From an uncultured Planctomycetota bacterium (GTDB lineage Bacteria > Planctomycetota > Planctomycetia > Pirellulales > Lacipirellulaceae): a stretch of DNA of 64,000 nt. The DNA is taken from contig CAVRBU010000002.1 in assembly GCA_963719315.1 (NCBI GenBank), forward strand, positions 2,080,001 through 2,144,000, read 5' to 3'. A program made the position numbers and the translations under genes. The notes under the pieces were generated by a model. It was not told the origin of the DNA and searched no databases. It saw nothing but the letters and a program-made list of their open reading frames with translations. Positions 21,232-31,711 of the stretch are shown here, one piece after another; position 1 is the first letter of the stretch; every line of letters begins with the position of its first letter.

Positions 21232-21308
21232 GATTCAGGATACGGGATGCAGGGGTCAGGGCAAGGCATTCTGGTCCCTGCCCCCTGCATCCCGCATCCT
21301 GTATCCTT
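21231..21308. repeat. Heptamer-repeat hairpin (GGATGCA / GCATCCT)
   Basis: Fills the spacer before ubiD. Confidence 0.7.
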
Positions 21309-21313
21309 CCCAC

Positions 21314-23147
21314 ATGGGCTACCGCACGCTTCGCGATTGTCTCGACGACCTCGAACGCCACCGCCACCTCGTCCGCGTGGATGCCGAAGTCGACGCCCGG
21401 CTTGAAATCGCCGAAATACAGCGTCGCGTATGCGCCGCGGGCGGGCCGGCGCTGTTGTTCACCCGCGTGAAAGATTGCCGCTTCCCGGTGGCGTGCAACC
21501 TGTTCGGCACGATCGAACGCGCCCGATTCATGTTTCGCGACACGCTGGAGCACGTGCGGCGGCTGGTGGAGTTGAAGATCGACCCAACGGCCGCCCTACG
21601 CCACCCCCTGCGATATGCCGGCTTGCCGCTTAGCGCACTCGCAACGCTGCCCAAGTTCGTCCGCCGCGCGGATGTGATGGCCAATGAGACGAACATCTCA
21701 CAATTGCCGCAGCAAGTGAGCTGGCCCGAAGATGGCGGCGCGTTCATCACGCTGCCGCAGGTCTATACGGAAAATATAACGAACCCTGGCTGGCGGCACT
21801 CAAACCTCGGCATGTACCGCGTGCAACTCTCCGGCGGACGGTACGACCGCGACCGCGAAATCGGCCTGCACTATCAAATCCAACGCTCGATCGGCGTCCA
21901 CCACGCTGCCGCGATTCAAGCTGGCCTACCGTTTCGCGTCAATGTTTTCGTCGGCGGCTCGCCCGCCATGATGCTGGCCGCCGTGATGCCGCTCCCCGAA
22001 GGCATGAGCGAGCTGACATTTGCCGGCGCGCTCGGCGGTCGACGCATCCGCTTGCTCCGCCGCAAGGACGGCCTCCCCATCCACGCCAACACCGATTTTT
22101 GCATCTGCGGTACGGTTATTCCCAACAAGCTGCTGCCCGAGGGCCCGTTCGGCGACCACCTGGGCTACTACAGCTTGCAGCATGACTTCCCAGTGCTACG
22201 CGTGGAGCACGTCTACCATCGCGACGGCGCGATCTGGCCAATCACGGTCGTCGGCCGCCCGCCGCAGGAGGACACGATCTTCGGCCAACTCATCCACGAG
22301 CTCACCGGCCCCGTGATTCCGAGCGTGCTGCCCGGCGTTAAATCCGTTCACGCGGTCGACGCCGCCGGCGTCCACCCGCTGCTGCTCGCCATCGGCAGCG
22401 AGCGGTACTGGCCGTTCGCCGAATCGCAACGGCCGCAGGAATTGCTCACGCAGGCCAACGCCATCCTGGGCCAGGGCCAATTGTCGCTGGCGAAATTCCT
22501 GCTGATCGCGAACCACGCCGACGACCCCGCGCTCGACGTCAACAATGTCGCTGCGTTCCTACAGCACATTTTGCAGCGCGCCGATTGGACGCGCGACCTG
22601 CATTTTCAAACCCAAACCACGATCGACACGCTCGACTACTCGGGCAGCGCGCTCAACGCCGGCTCAAAAGTCGTCATCGCCGCCGTTGGTCCGCCGCGGT
22701 TCGACTTGGTTACCGCACGTGCCGTCCGATTTGCGCCTGCCAGACGGCTTACAGCGATCCACGAATTGTTGTGCCCGGCGTCCTCGCAATCGAAGGCCCG
22801 CGCCTACAGTCGCAAGCTTGGTTTCCGCCCTGCCAAACTCCCCCTTCCCCACTCCCCACTCCTCCTTCGCTTCCTTCCGCTGGATCGTGATCGTCGACGA
22901 CTCGCAATTCGTCGCCGAGTCGCTCCGTAATTTCCTGTGGGTCACGTTCACCCGCACAAACCCGGCCGCCGACATTCACGGCATCGAATCGTTCACCGAA
23001 GACAAGCACTGGGGCTGCCGCGGACCGCTGGTGATCGACGCGCGCATGAAACCACATCACGCCCCGCCGCTCGTGGAAGATCCAGAAATCTCGCGCCGCG
23101 TCGAAGCACTAGCCGCTCCCGGCGGCCCCCTGCACGGCATTCTATAA
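21314..23147 (+). CDS. UbiD-family (prFMN-dependent) decarboxylase, with frameshifts at about 22710-22800
   Basis: WPEDGGAFITLP, NLGMYRVQ, EGPFGDHLGYY, VVGRPPQED; C-terminus IVIVDD..FLWVTFTRTNPAADI lies in another frame. Confidence 0.88.
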
Positions 23148-23325
23148 ACAAAGCCCTCAATCAAAATCGACACATCGCCGCGCATAGCCGCCGAGCTACG
23201 CTCGGCCGGGCCCCGCACCTCCCGTTGCGCAACCACGCCGAATGTCGTAAACTCGCAGCATGGCAATTTGGCCCACGTTCTTCGCAATCTCATTCCGAAC
23301 CACCGACCGTGTCCTCACCAGCGGC

Positions 23326-23619
23326 ATGTGGTGGCTCGCGATCATTTGGCTCGGCTTCTTCGGCGGCGCCGTCGGAAGTTTCCTCACCGTCGTGTGGGAC
23401 CGCCTCGGCACCGGCGAAGGATTCGTGTTCCCCCGCTCGCGGTGCCCCGAGTGCGACCGGCCGATCCGCTGGTATCACAACGTGCCTGTGGTGGGGTGGC
23501 TTTTGCTGCGGGGCCGCTGCTACGATTGCGGCAGCCGCATCCCCCTAAAGCATCCGCTCGTCGAGTTGGCCTTCGCCCTATTATTCATCTTGATTGGCTT
23601 ATCGACTCCCTGGCTCTAA
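23326..23619 (+). CDS. Prepilin peptidase A24 N-terminal (Zn-binding) domain-only protein
   Basis: GSFLTVVWDR, PRSRCPEC, WYHNVPVVGWLLLRGRCYDC, PLVEL; ends before any catalytic domain. Confidence 0.8.
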   Translation: MWWLAIIWLGFFGGAVGSFLTVVWDRLGTGEGFVFPRSRCPECDRPIRWYHNVPVVGWLLLRGRCYDCGSRIPLKHPLVELAFALLFILIGLSTPWL

Positions 23620-23722
23620 CAAAACTGCAAGCACAATAGACAATCGCCCACTGCCAACAGATGTGAAATACGTTGTTTTCAATGGATCTCTATTCGTTGA
23701 GCGCTCGAAGGAACCGTGATTG

Positions 23723-24724
23723 ATGTCCAAACGCGATCAACCGAAACCAGAAGCGCAAGCAGGCACAGGCGCATCATTCCTCAAGGACCCCACGCGCAAA
23801 ATCGGACCGGGTGTCGAACCGAAGTTTGCGGAATCCGATGCCGACGACGAAGCGAAAACCGCGGAAGCGTTGCAAACACCACCCATCTCGGCCGAAGTCG
23901 CCGCCAATCGCCTCGCAATTCTGAAAGCGCCGAGCTACCAACTGGCCGAGCTCGATATCGATTTTCTTGGCCGCAAAGAAAATCGCCCGTTGCGGATGCA
24001 GCTCGAACTGCTCAAAACCGAAACGCTGCTTCGCGAACATCAAATCGATGCCACGGTCGTTGTCTTCGGCGGCACCCAGATCATGCCCCGCGAACAGGCC
24101 GAGGCCGTCCTCCGCGAAGCCAAGCTGAACGCCGAAAAATCGCCGCACGATCCCAAAGTCGCCCGCGCCCTGCAGCGGGCCGAACGGATCATGGCCAAGA
24201 GCCATTTCTACGACGATGCCCGCGAGTTCAGCCGGCTCGTTTCGACGGCCAAAGAGGTCGGTGGCCGGCCGCGGTTCGTCGTGATGACCGGCGGCGGCCC
24301 CGGCGTCATGGAAGCCGCCAACCGCGGCGCGTTCGAAGCCGGCGCCAAGAGCATCGGCCTGAACATCGACCTGCCGCACGAGCAGGAGCCGAACCCGTAC
24401 ATCACGCCCGACCTGTGCTTTCAATTCCACTACTTCGCGATGCGCAAATTTCATTTCGTCCTGCGGGCGGCCGCGTTGGTCGTCTTCCCCGGCGGCTTCG
24501 GCACGCTCGACGAACTGTTCGACTGCCTCTGTCTCCGCCAAACCCGCCGGATGCAACAAATCCCGGTGATCCTGTACAGCCGCGAGTATTGGGACGGCGT
24601 CATCGACTTCCATCGCCTCGCCGACGAAGGCGTGATCGATGATGAAGACTTGAAGCTGATCGACTACGCCGAAACCCCCGAGCAAGCCTGGAGCATCATC
24701 GCCAAATTCCACGGACTCAAGTAG
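23723..24724 (+). CDS. LOG-family (TIGR00730-like) Rossmann-fold protein
   Basis: TGGGPGVMEAANRGA, LPHEQEPNPY, FHYFAMRK, PGGFGTLDELF. Confidence 0.9.
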   Translation: MSKRDQPKPEAQAGTGASFLKDPTRKIGPGVEPKFAESDADDEAKTAEALQTPPISAEVAANRLAILKAPSYQLAELDIDFLGRKENRPLRMQLELLKTETLLREHQIDATVVVFGGTQIMPREQAEAVLREAKLNAEKSPHDPKVARALQRAERIMAKSHFYDDAREFSRLVSTAKEVGGRPRFVVMTGGGPGVMEAANRGAFEAGAKSIGLNIDLPHEQEPNPYITPDLCFQFHYFAMRKFHFVLRAAALVVFPGGFGTLDELFDCLCLRQTRRMQQIPVILYSREYWDGVIDFHRLADEGVIDDEDLKLIDYAETPEQAWSIIAKFHGLK

Positions 24725-24746
24725 GTCGGGCTTTAGCCCGACTTAT
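24721..24746. repeat. REP palindrome, family D; its GTAG supplies the LOG gene stop codon
   Basis: gtaggtcgggctttagcccgacttat. Confidence 0.7.
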
Positions 24747-24863
24747 GTTGTCCAAGATTGCAATACTGAGTTGAAACAGCGAGCCATGCGTGCGAATGCG
24801 AGCCGCAACGCGGCGACAGTGAATAGCCAAGAGCGTGAGCCCCTGATTAGCAAAACCGAAGCG

Positions 24864-24930
24864 AGGTGTCGGATGTCGGATAAGAAGCTGATCTCCGACG
24901 CCTGACCGACACCCGACACCCGACACCTGG
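24864..24930. repeat. Heptamer-repeat hairpin (TGTCGGA / CCGACAC)
   Basis: ggtgtcggatgtcgga ... ccgacacccgacacccgacacc. Confidence 0.75.
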
Positions 24931-24966
24931 CTATTAACTGCCGATCCTTTGAGCCACAACGCGACA

Positions 24967-25716
24967 ATGACAAACACAGATAACTCGCCTGTCGCACTCG
25001 TCACCGGCGGCGCCGTCCGCGTCGGCGCGGCGATCGTTCGCGAACTGGCCGCTCGCGGCTACCGCGTCGCCATTCACGCCAACACTTCGCTCGACCGCGC
25101 GCAGGAACTGGCAAACGAACCTACTGCCGCCGGCCACGCCGCCGCGGCGTTCGGCGCCGATCTCCGCGACGAAGAGGCCACCCGCGCCATGATCGACCGC
25201 GTCCGCCGCCATTTCGGCCGGCTCGACGCGCTCGTCAACAGCGCCGCCACCTGGTCGCCGACGCCGCTGGCGAGCGTCGTGGCCGACAACGTCCGCCGCT
25301 TCTTCGAGGTCAACACGCTCAGCACCTTCATCTGCTGTCAACACGCCGGCCAAATCATGGCGCAGCAAGCGCAAGGCGGCGCGATCGTGAACATCGGCGA
25401 CTGGGCCGTCGAACGCCCCTACCGCGACTACAGCGCGTACTTCGCCTCGAAAGGCGCGATCCCCACCCTCACGCGCGTGTTCGCCATCGAACTCGCCCCG
25501 AAGGTCCGCGTGAACGCCGTCCTCCCCGGCCCCGTTCTGCTGCCCGAAAGCGTCTCCGAAGCCGACCGCCGCCGGGCCATCGCCGGCACGCTCCTCGGCC
25601 GCCCCGGCCGACCCGAAAACATCGCCCACGCCGTCGCCGCGCTTCTCGAAAACGACTACATCACCGGCGTCTGCCTCCCCGTCGACGGCGGCCGCACCCT
25701 CGGCGACACCGGCTAA
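24967..25716 (+). CDS. SDR-family oxidoreductase (pteridine reductase/FolM-like)
   Basis: LVTGGAVRVG, LVNSA, YFASK, VRVNAVLPG, PVDGG. Confidence 0.88.
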   Translation: MTNTDNSPVALVTGGAVRVGAAIVRELAARGYRVAIHANTSLDRAQELANEPTAAGHAAAAFGADLRDEEATRAMIDRVRRHFGRLDALVNSAATWSPTPLASVVADNVRRFFEVNTLSTFICCQHAGQIMAQQAQGGAIVNIGDWAVERPYRDYSAYFASKGAIPTLTRVFAIELAPKVRVNAVLPGPVLLPESVSEADRRRAIAGTLLGRPGRPENIAHAVAALLENDYITGVCLPVDGGRTLGDTG

Positions 25717-25823
25717 GAAACGCGTGGTGGCCAAAAATAGTTCTAGACAGAAGTATACATCTTCTGTTAGGCTGTCTCCCCGTTGCCTCGCGGCAGGATT
25801 CGCTGGCTTTGACCGCAAACTTG

Positions 25824-25908
25824 GTAGGTCCCTTCTGCCGGAAGGGACCTGAGCGAATTCGCAATGTTGCAATGCAGGTGCAGGTCCCGCTCGGCAAGCG
25901 GGACCTAC
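25824..25908. repeat. REPIN doublet, family A
   Basis: GTAGGTCCCTTCTGCCGGAAGGGACCT + spacer + AGGTCCCGCTCGGCAAGCGGGACCTAC. Confidence 0.88.
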
Positions 25909-26405
25909 ATAACGGGCAACGCCGTTCATCGCTCCTTGAAAATCTGTAATAGGCAGGCGCAAATTCGCCGAGTATTGCGTCGACTAACTTGCTCTACACC
26001 GGCGGCTACTGGGCCCTAAAGCCCGCGGCAGTGCATGGTTGGGGCGATCGGCGAACCGCGAATGCGACGGCGCAACGAGGCAAAAATGGGCAATTTTGTA
26101 CCTGAAACATGGGACCCCTATCGGCCGAACAAAACGTATGCCCTGTCCCCGCAAGGAGTTACGAAGATTCTCGCCAGAAGGACCAATCCAAAACGCAATA
26201 AACCCCGAGAGCCAAGCGGTTTTGTACTTTGGCCGCTCGCCAGCAGCGTACAAAACAGACCGCTGTCATTCGGTAGCTCCCGCTGCCTACGCGCCCTCGT
26301 CCTCCGCCAGATTCGCGCGGCTGCCACTGTCGCTTGCCCGGCGGGCGGTTTTATAATGCGGCTCTTACCGTTCGATCATCCAACCACGTATGAGGGAATT
26401 CGACG

Positions 26406-27590
26406 ATGAAAAAATCGCATCGGAATTTCATCGCGCCGTTCGCGGCTCTGCTCGTTTGTTTGGCCACGGCCGGTGTCGTGCGCACCGCTGAAACGGAAAA
26501 GGCCGAAGGCGACAATCCGGGCAAGGCACAACTGGAACAAGCCGCCCAAACCATCGCCGCGGCCGCCAAAGAGAGCATCGCCGCCGCCACGAACGATGCG
26601 GAAGCCGCCAAGCGGGCACAAGCATCGTTCGACATCCTCGCCAACCTCGGCGAGCTCGGTGGTTTCGATACCACGCCGCAATCCGACAAGTTGATGGAAG
26701 AGTTGCTCGCCTCGCCGCAGGCGTCCGTCCTTGAGACGGTCGTTCAAAAGCAATTTATGGACAAGGTCATGACCTGGGGTCGGATGAGCGAAGACGACCG
26801 CGCCGCCGCGCTCGATAACCTGGTCGGCAAAGTCAAGAAGATCGGGCTCACGCAGGGCTTGGCCGAATCGCTCGCGCGGTTGGCCGGCATGTACGGCGAA
26901 CGCGATCAATCCAAGGCAATCAGCAAGGCCATTGCGGAAGTACTGCCATTGGCCAAACAATCGGACGACCCCAAGGCCAAACGCACGTACGCGATGCTCG
27001 AAGGCATCGATCGCCGCATGAACCTGCCGGGCAAGCCGCTTGAGCTCGAGGGCAAGCTGCTCGATGGTTCGACGTTCGATTGGGCTTCCTACAAGGGCAA
27101 GGTCGTGCTCGTCGATTTCTACGCGAGTTGGTGCGGCCCCTGCCGGGCCGAAGCCCCGAATGTGCTCAAGAATTACAAGGCCTACCACGACAAGGGATTC
27201 GAAGTCGTGACCGTCAACTTGGACACCGATCCGAAGTTGGCCGAGAAGTATATCAAGGACACCGGCTGCGATTTCCCCACGATCTACAGCGATAATCCCA
27301 AGGGTTGGGAAACGCCGATGGCGACCAAGTATGGCATCAACGCCATTCCTCGCGTGATTCTGGTCGGCCAGGACGGCAACGTCGTATCGACCAACGCCCG
27401 CGGCCCGATGTTGGCTGAGCTGTTGAACAAGCTGCTCGGTCCGCCGGCCGAAGGTTCCGAAGCCGCAGAGGACGCGGAAAAGAGCAGCAGCATCGACAAA
27501 GTCCGCGATGCCGCGCTCCGGGATGCCTTGTCCGAGCGGATCAAGAAGGCGATCGCCGAGCGATCTGCTCAAGGCGCCGAAAAGAAATAA
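26406..27590 (+). CDS. Exported TlpA-like thiol-disulfide oxidoreductase with helical N-terminal domain
   Basis: Signal peptide; KGKVVLVDFYASWCGPC; YGINAIP. Confidence 0.88.
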   Translation: MKKSHRNFIAPFAALLVCLATAGVVRTAETEKAEGDNPGKAQLEQAAQTIAAAAKESIAAATNDAEAAKRAQASFDILANLGELGGFDTTPQSDKLMEELLASPQASVLETVVQKQFMDKVMTWGRMSEDDRAAALDNLVGKVKKIGLTQGLAESLARLAGMYGERDQSKAISKAIAEVLPLAKQSDDPKAKRTYAMLEGIDRRMNLPGKPLELEGKLLDGSTFDWASYKGKVVLVDFYASWCGPCRAEAPNVLKNYKAYHDKGFEVVTVNLDTDPKLAEKYIKDTGCDFPTIYSDNPKGWETPMATKYGINAIPRVILVGQDGNVVSTNARGPMLAELLNKLLGPPAEGSEAAEDAEKSSSIDKVRDAALRDALSERIKKAIAERSAQGAEKK

Positions 27591-27695
27591 TTCGCACGCG
27601 ACGAATTCGTTGAAGTTTGCAGACACGGGTCGATGCCTCGCCGCATCGGCCCGTGCTGCGTTTGCGACGCGGTTGAAAACCGATGCGAACGATGT

Positions 27696-27992
27696 TTACT
27701 CCGGCGCGATCGGTGTTGCTCCCGGCGGCGGCGTCCCTTTGCCGGCACGAACGTAGCCCGTGCGGCCGCGAGCGTACTCGTCGGCGGCCGGCAGCTCCGC
27801 AGCCGATGGGTCGTTCGACTGGGCCGCTTGAAACAACTTGGCCAGAAACGGCCGGCACCAACCGCAGCCGCTGCCGGCCCCGTGGCATTCGGAAAGCTGA
27901 CTTTCGCGCTGCGGCCGCTCGACGCGAAGGAAATTCACCACCTTGCGCTTCGTGACGTGAAAACACAGGCACAGTTCGTCGTCGAGTTCCAT
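27696..27992 (-). CDS. BFD-like [2Fe-2S]-binding protein
   Basis: LCLCFHV ... AGSGCGWC. Confidence 0.8.
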   Translation of the reverse strand: MELDDELCLCFHVTKRKVVNFLRVERPQRESQLSECHGAGSGCGWCRPFLAKLFQAAQSNDPSAAELPAADEYARGRTGYVRAGKGTPPPGATPIAPE

Positions 27993-28003
27993 GGAAACCG
28001 CTG

Positions 28004-29038
28004 CTAACGTTTCTTTTGAAATTCCAACCGCGCCAGCCCCGCTGCGCCGATGTAGCCCGCGTCGCCGCCGAGCGACGCGAACTCGATCCGCACGGCGTCG
28101 CGGAGCGGTTCGAGCAATCGCGGGCGGACCTCGTCGCGAATCCGCTGCAGGAACGCCCGGCCAATCCCGGTGTCGTGGCCACCGAACGTCATCGCTCCGC
28201 CGAGCACCACGGCATCGGGGTCGATCGTATGAATCAAGGACGTGATACCAATGGCGAGCCAATAGGCGGTTTCCATAATCACCCGGCGGGCCAACTCATC
28301 CCCCTTCTCCGCTTCCTCTGCCACAACCAGCGTCGTAATCTCCTCCCGGGCGGCTTGCCGCTTAGCCAGCGACGAAGCGTTCCCGCCGGCCAATGCCGCG
28401 AGCGTCCGGTCAACCACGGCGGTGGCGTTGCAGTAGCTCTCCAACGAACCCTGTTTGCCGAGCGAATCCATCGGCGCATCATCGGCCGGGTTGATGAGAA
28501 TGTGACCGCACTCGCTGCCGCAACTGTGTTCGCCCTCGACAAGCGTATCGCCGATAATGATCCCGCCGCCAACGCCGGTGCCGAGCGTCAGGAGCACGAG
28601 GCTATGAAACTGTTTGCCGGCGCCCGACCAGAACTCGCCGTACGCCGCCGCGTTGGCGTCATTCGCAAAAGCGACCGGCAGGCCGAGGTGATGGCTCACG
28701 CGGTCGCGGATCGGAAAGTCCCACCAGCCGGGCAGGTTGCCGGGGCGAAGGATCATGCCCTGGGCGATGTCCATCGGGCCCGGCGTGGCGATGCCCGCGC
28801 GGACGACATCTTTCCTGTCGATCTTGTTTTCAGCGAGCATGCATCGCACGACATCTGCCATTCGCTCGCAAGCGTCTTCAGCTCCTCTATCCTGCTCGGT
28901 GCGAATCGAGTGATAGGCAAGCGTCTGGCCCGCATTATCCACGACGCCGATTTTGATATTCGTGCCGCCGACATCGAGACCCACGAAGAATGGCTTCTCT
29001 GCCGTGGCACGATCGGCGGTCAATGTTTCGGGAGGCAT
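28004..29038 (-). CDS. ROK-family sugar kinase (glucokinase-like)
   Basis: GLDVGGTNIK, NDANAAAYGE, LTLGTGVGGG, ECGH, GSLESY. Confidence 0.9.
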   Translation of the reverse strand: MPPETLTADRATAEKPFFVGLDVGGTNIKIGVVDNAGQTLAYHSIRTEQDRGAEDACERMADVVRCMLAENKIDRKDVVRAGIATPGPMDIAQGMILRPGNLPGWWDFPIRDRVSHHLGLPVAFANDANAAAYGEFWSGAGKQFHSLVLLTLGTGVGGGIIIGDTLVEGEHSCGSECGHILINPADDAPMDSLGKQGSLESYCNATAVVDRTLAALAGGNASSLAKRQAAREEITTLVVAEEAEKGDELARRVIMETAYWLAIGITSLIHTIDPDAVVLGGAMTFGGHDTGIGRAFLQRIRDEVRPRLLEPLRDAVRIEFASLGGDAGYIGAAGLARLEFQKKR

Positions 29039-29122
29039 GGATCGTTACTGATGCGGTTTCCTGATAGGCACCTACGGAGTATAAGTCCCCATCCTGCAAC
29101 CGGCAATTGTGAGCGGCTGCCG

Positions 29123-30241
29123 CTACACACCGCGCAGCTCGGTGGAAGAAATATCTTCGCGGAAGATCGCCTCGGGCACTTCATCACAAAGTTGGCGCAA
29201 CGAGGCGGGGACGTCCACTTCCGACAACGTGCAGAACGCGCCCTGCACGCTGCGCCCGAAAACCAGGAACCGGCAGCCGGCGCTCGCGATGACCGCGATC
29301 GCGGCTTCGCGCTCGGCATCGCCGCCATCGTAATACTTCGATTCACCAATGCGGACAATGGTGTCCACGCCGACGACAAACGTGCAGCCCGGTGCGAGTT
29401 CGGCCTTTTCGACGAACCGCGGCGCGCGGGTCAGGAGCACGCGCTCGCCGGCCAATTGCTCGAGCCGGTCGGCAATTTCCACGAAGTCGAGCGGCGGCTT
29501 ATCGACGTTCGCGATCGACAACTCAAACGTCACGGGGCGACCCAACCGTTCGGCCGCGATCTCGGCCATCCGCCGGTGTGCCGCGTGAATTGGGTTGAAC
29601 GCACCCGGGAACAGCACCCTCGGCCATTCGCCGGATTCGGCGACTCGTTCCGGAATGCCGACGTGTGAACGCTCCCCAAGTAGTAGCTCGGTCCAGGATT
29701 GCGGAGCTTGCTGGTCGCGACGCACGATGCCGTCGCCGTCCCTTCCGATTGAAAGGCGAACATCGAATCCGCACGCCTCGGCGACAATATCGACAATGAG
29801 CTGCGTGGCGACGTGCTCCTCTTCGGCCCGCGTTCGCACGCCTTTTTGCAGCTCGCAAGAAACGACCGAAGTGGTTTCGGCCGATTGCCAAGCGACGTGC
29901 ACGCGGTGGGGGCCGCGCTTCGGACGGTTCGACGCAAGGCTGGCCGTCGCGCCAAGGCCGCGAAGCGTGCGCGGGTCGGCATCGGAAAGCGCGCGAGCCC
30001 GTTCGTACGCAGCCATCGCCATCGCCCGGGCCGTTCGTTCGCTGCAATAGTGATCAGGCACGCCGCCGAGCCATTCCTGCAGGGCCGCGGCTGAGTACGG
30101 AACGACCGCCTCCAGCACCGTGGCCGAGGCGTTGGGAACTTCCAGCAACGCGGCAATCGCACCGCTGCCGCCGCCTGTGACGGATAGCACAAGCGGCTTC
30201 GCGGCGGCATGAATACGTTCGACTAGCTGTTGTTGATTCAT
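29123..30241 (-). CDS. CinA-like N-terminal domain fused to nucleotidyltransferase (NadD-like) domain
   Basis: TGGGSGA..GAS-like N-domain with ARAMA; C-domain FPGAFNPIHAAH, VGVDT, ISSTELR. Confidence 0.7.
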   Translation of the reverse strand: MNQQQLVERIHAAAKPLVLSVTGGGSGAIAALLEVPNASATVLEAVVPYSAAALQEWLGGVPDHYCSERTARAMAMAAYERARALSDADPRTLRGLGATASLASNRPKRGPHRVHVAWQSAETTSVVSCELQKGVRTRAEEEHVATQLIVDIVAEACGFDVRLSIGRDGDGIVRRDQQAPQSWTELLLGERSHVGIPERVAESGEWPRVLFPGAFNPIHAAHRRMAEIAAERLGRPVTFELSIANVDKPPLDFVEIADRLEQLAGERVLLTRAPRFVEKAELAPGCTFVVGVDTIVRIGESKYYDGGDAEREAAIAVIASAGCRFLVFGRSVQGAFCTLSEVDVPASLRQLCDEVPEAIFREDISSTELRGV

Positions 30242-30518
30242 AACAGGCCCGCCAATCAGTTTACTACAACAGCTAAGAGTGTCTCACGCAAAGGCGTGAG
30301 TCCTCCGGAATTCTACCAGCGTCAGTCCATCGTAATGTGGCATTTTCGCAACGCTGCGATGCGGCGATTTTGTTGGACGTTGGCTTTTTGCAACTGGTTT
30401 TGGCGGCGATTCGCGCGAAAAGACGCGAACAACAAGCGTTTCGGTTGTGGGGTATGCGGGTTGCAAACGTAGGCCGCCAACGTGTCGCAAGCCGACCACG
30501 CTGGAGCCTTCCCCGCCC

Positions 30519-31652
30519 ATGATTGAAGTTGTCGAAATCAACGATCTGGAGGAGTTGTCGCATTATCGGCTGGTGTGGAACTCGCTCTTCCCGGCCACGC
30601 CGAACGCCACGTTCTTTCTCACGTTCGACTGGTTCGAGACGTACTGGCGGCATTTCGGGCACGACCAGAAGATGCGCGTGCTCATCGTGTACGGCGGAGG
30701 CGAGGCGATCGGCATCGTGCCGTTGTGTGTGCGGCGCGAGCGGTACCGTGTGGGCAATGTTCGCGTGCTGACGTATCCGCTCGACAATTGGAGCACGTGG
30801 TACGGACCGATCGGTCCGAACCCGGCATCCACGATGATGGCCGCAATGCAGCACCTGCGCCGCACGCCGCGGAATTGGGACATGTTCGAGCTTCGCTGGG
30901 TCGCTAGCGAAGGCGTTCAAGGCGGCAAAACGGCGCGGGCCATGCGCGTGGCCAACATGTTTAGCGAAAAACAGGAATACCAAGTCACCTCGATCGTCGA
31001 CCTGCCGGCAACGTTGGATGAATTCTTGGACGGTAAATCGCAAACATTGCGGCGACAGTTCCGCCGGACGCTACGGGATTCATTCATGGACGGCCGAGTC
31101 CAATACGTTCGCCACCGGCCGCTGCCAGCCAGCGAAGGCGACGGTGATCCATGCTGGGATCTCTATGCCAATTGCGAGTCGGTCGCACAGGCCAGTTGGC
31201 AATCGCACGTGGTGCATGGCAACACCCTGACGCACGAACGGGTTCGTGAATACTTCCACGCCGCCCACGCTGCCGCCGCTCGCATCGGCATGGTCGATGT
31301 CAACGTGCTGAAGCTCGACGGCCAGCCCGTCGCGTTCCTGTACGGCTACCACTGCCAGAACAACGTCATCGGGCTGCGAACCGGCTTCCATGCCGAGACC
31401 GGCGGCGGGCTGGGCTCGGCGCTGATGCTCAATGCGATCGAAGACAGTTGCCGCCGCGGTGACCGCACGATCGACCTCGGACCTGGCGAACGCGAACACA
31501 AACGCCGGCTCCGCACGCGGACGGAAGCGACCTACCGGCTGACCTACACGCCAATCGACTCCTGGCGTTCGCAAGCGGTACGGCTCTCGCGCTGGGCAAA
31601 GGGGCGGTTGACGCGAACCACGGAACTAACGCCGGTAGGGGCTGCGAACTAA
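30519..31652 (+). CDS. GNAT acetyltransferase, CelD/BcsL-like
   Basis: FFLTFDWF..YW, LKLDGQPVAFLYG, GSALM, IDLGPG...HK. Confidence 0.8.
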   Translation: MIEVVEINDLEELSHYRLVWNSLFPATPNATFFLTFDWFETYWRHFGHDQKMRVLIVYGGGEAIGIVPLCVRRERYRVGNVRVLTYPLDNWSTWYGPIGPNPASTMMAAMQHLRRTPRNWDMFELRWVASEGVQGGKTARAMRVANMFSEKQEYQVTSIVDLPATLDEFLDGKSQTLRRQFRRTLRDSFMDGRVQYVRHRPLPASEGDGDPCWDLYANCESVAQASWQSHVVHGNTLTHERVREYFHAAHAAAARIGMVDVNVLKLDGQPVAFLYGYHCQNNVIGLRTGFHAETGGGLGSALMLNAIEDSCRRGDRTIDLGPGEREHKRRLRTRTEATYRLTYTPIDSWRSQAVRLSRWAKGRLTRTTELTPVGAAN

Positions 31653-31711
31653 GTGCTGAACGTAGTCGCGTTTTTTCCGAAACAACGGTCGCTGCGGTTT
31701 TGTATCAAAAT

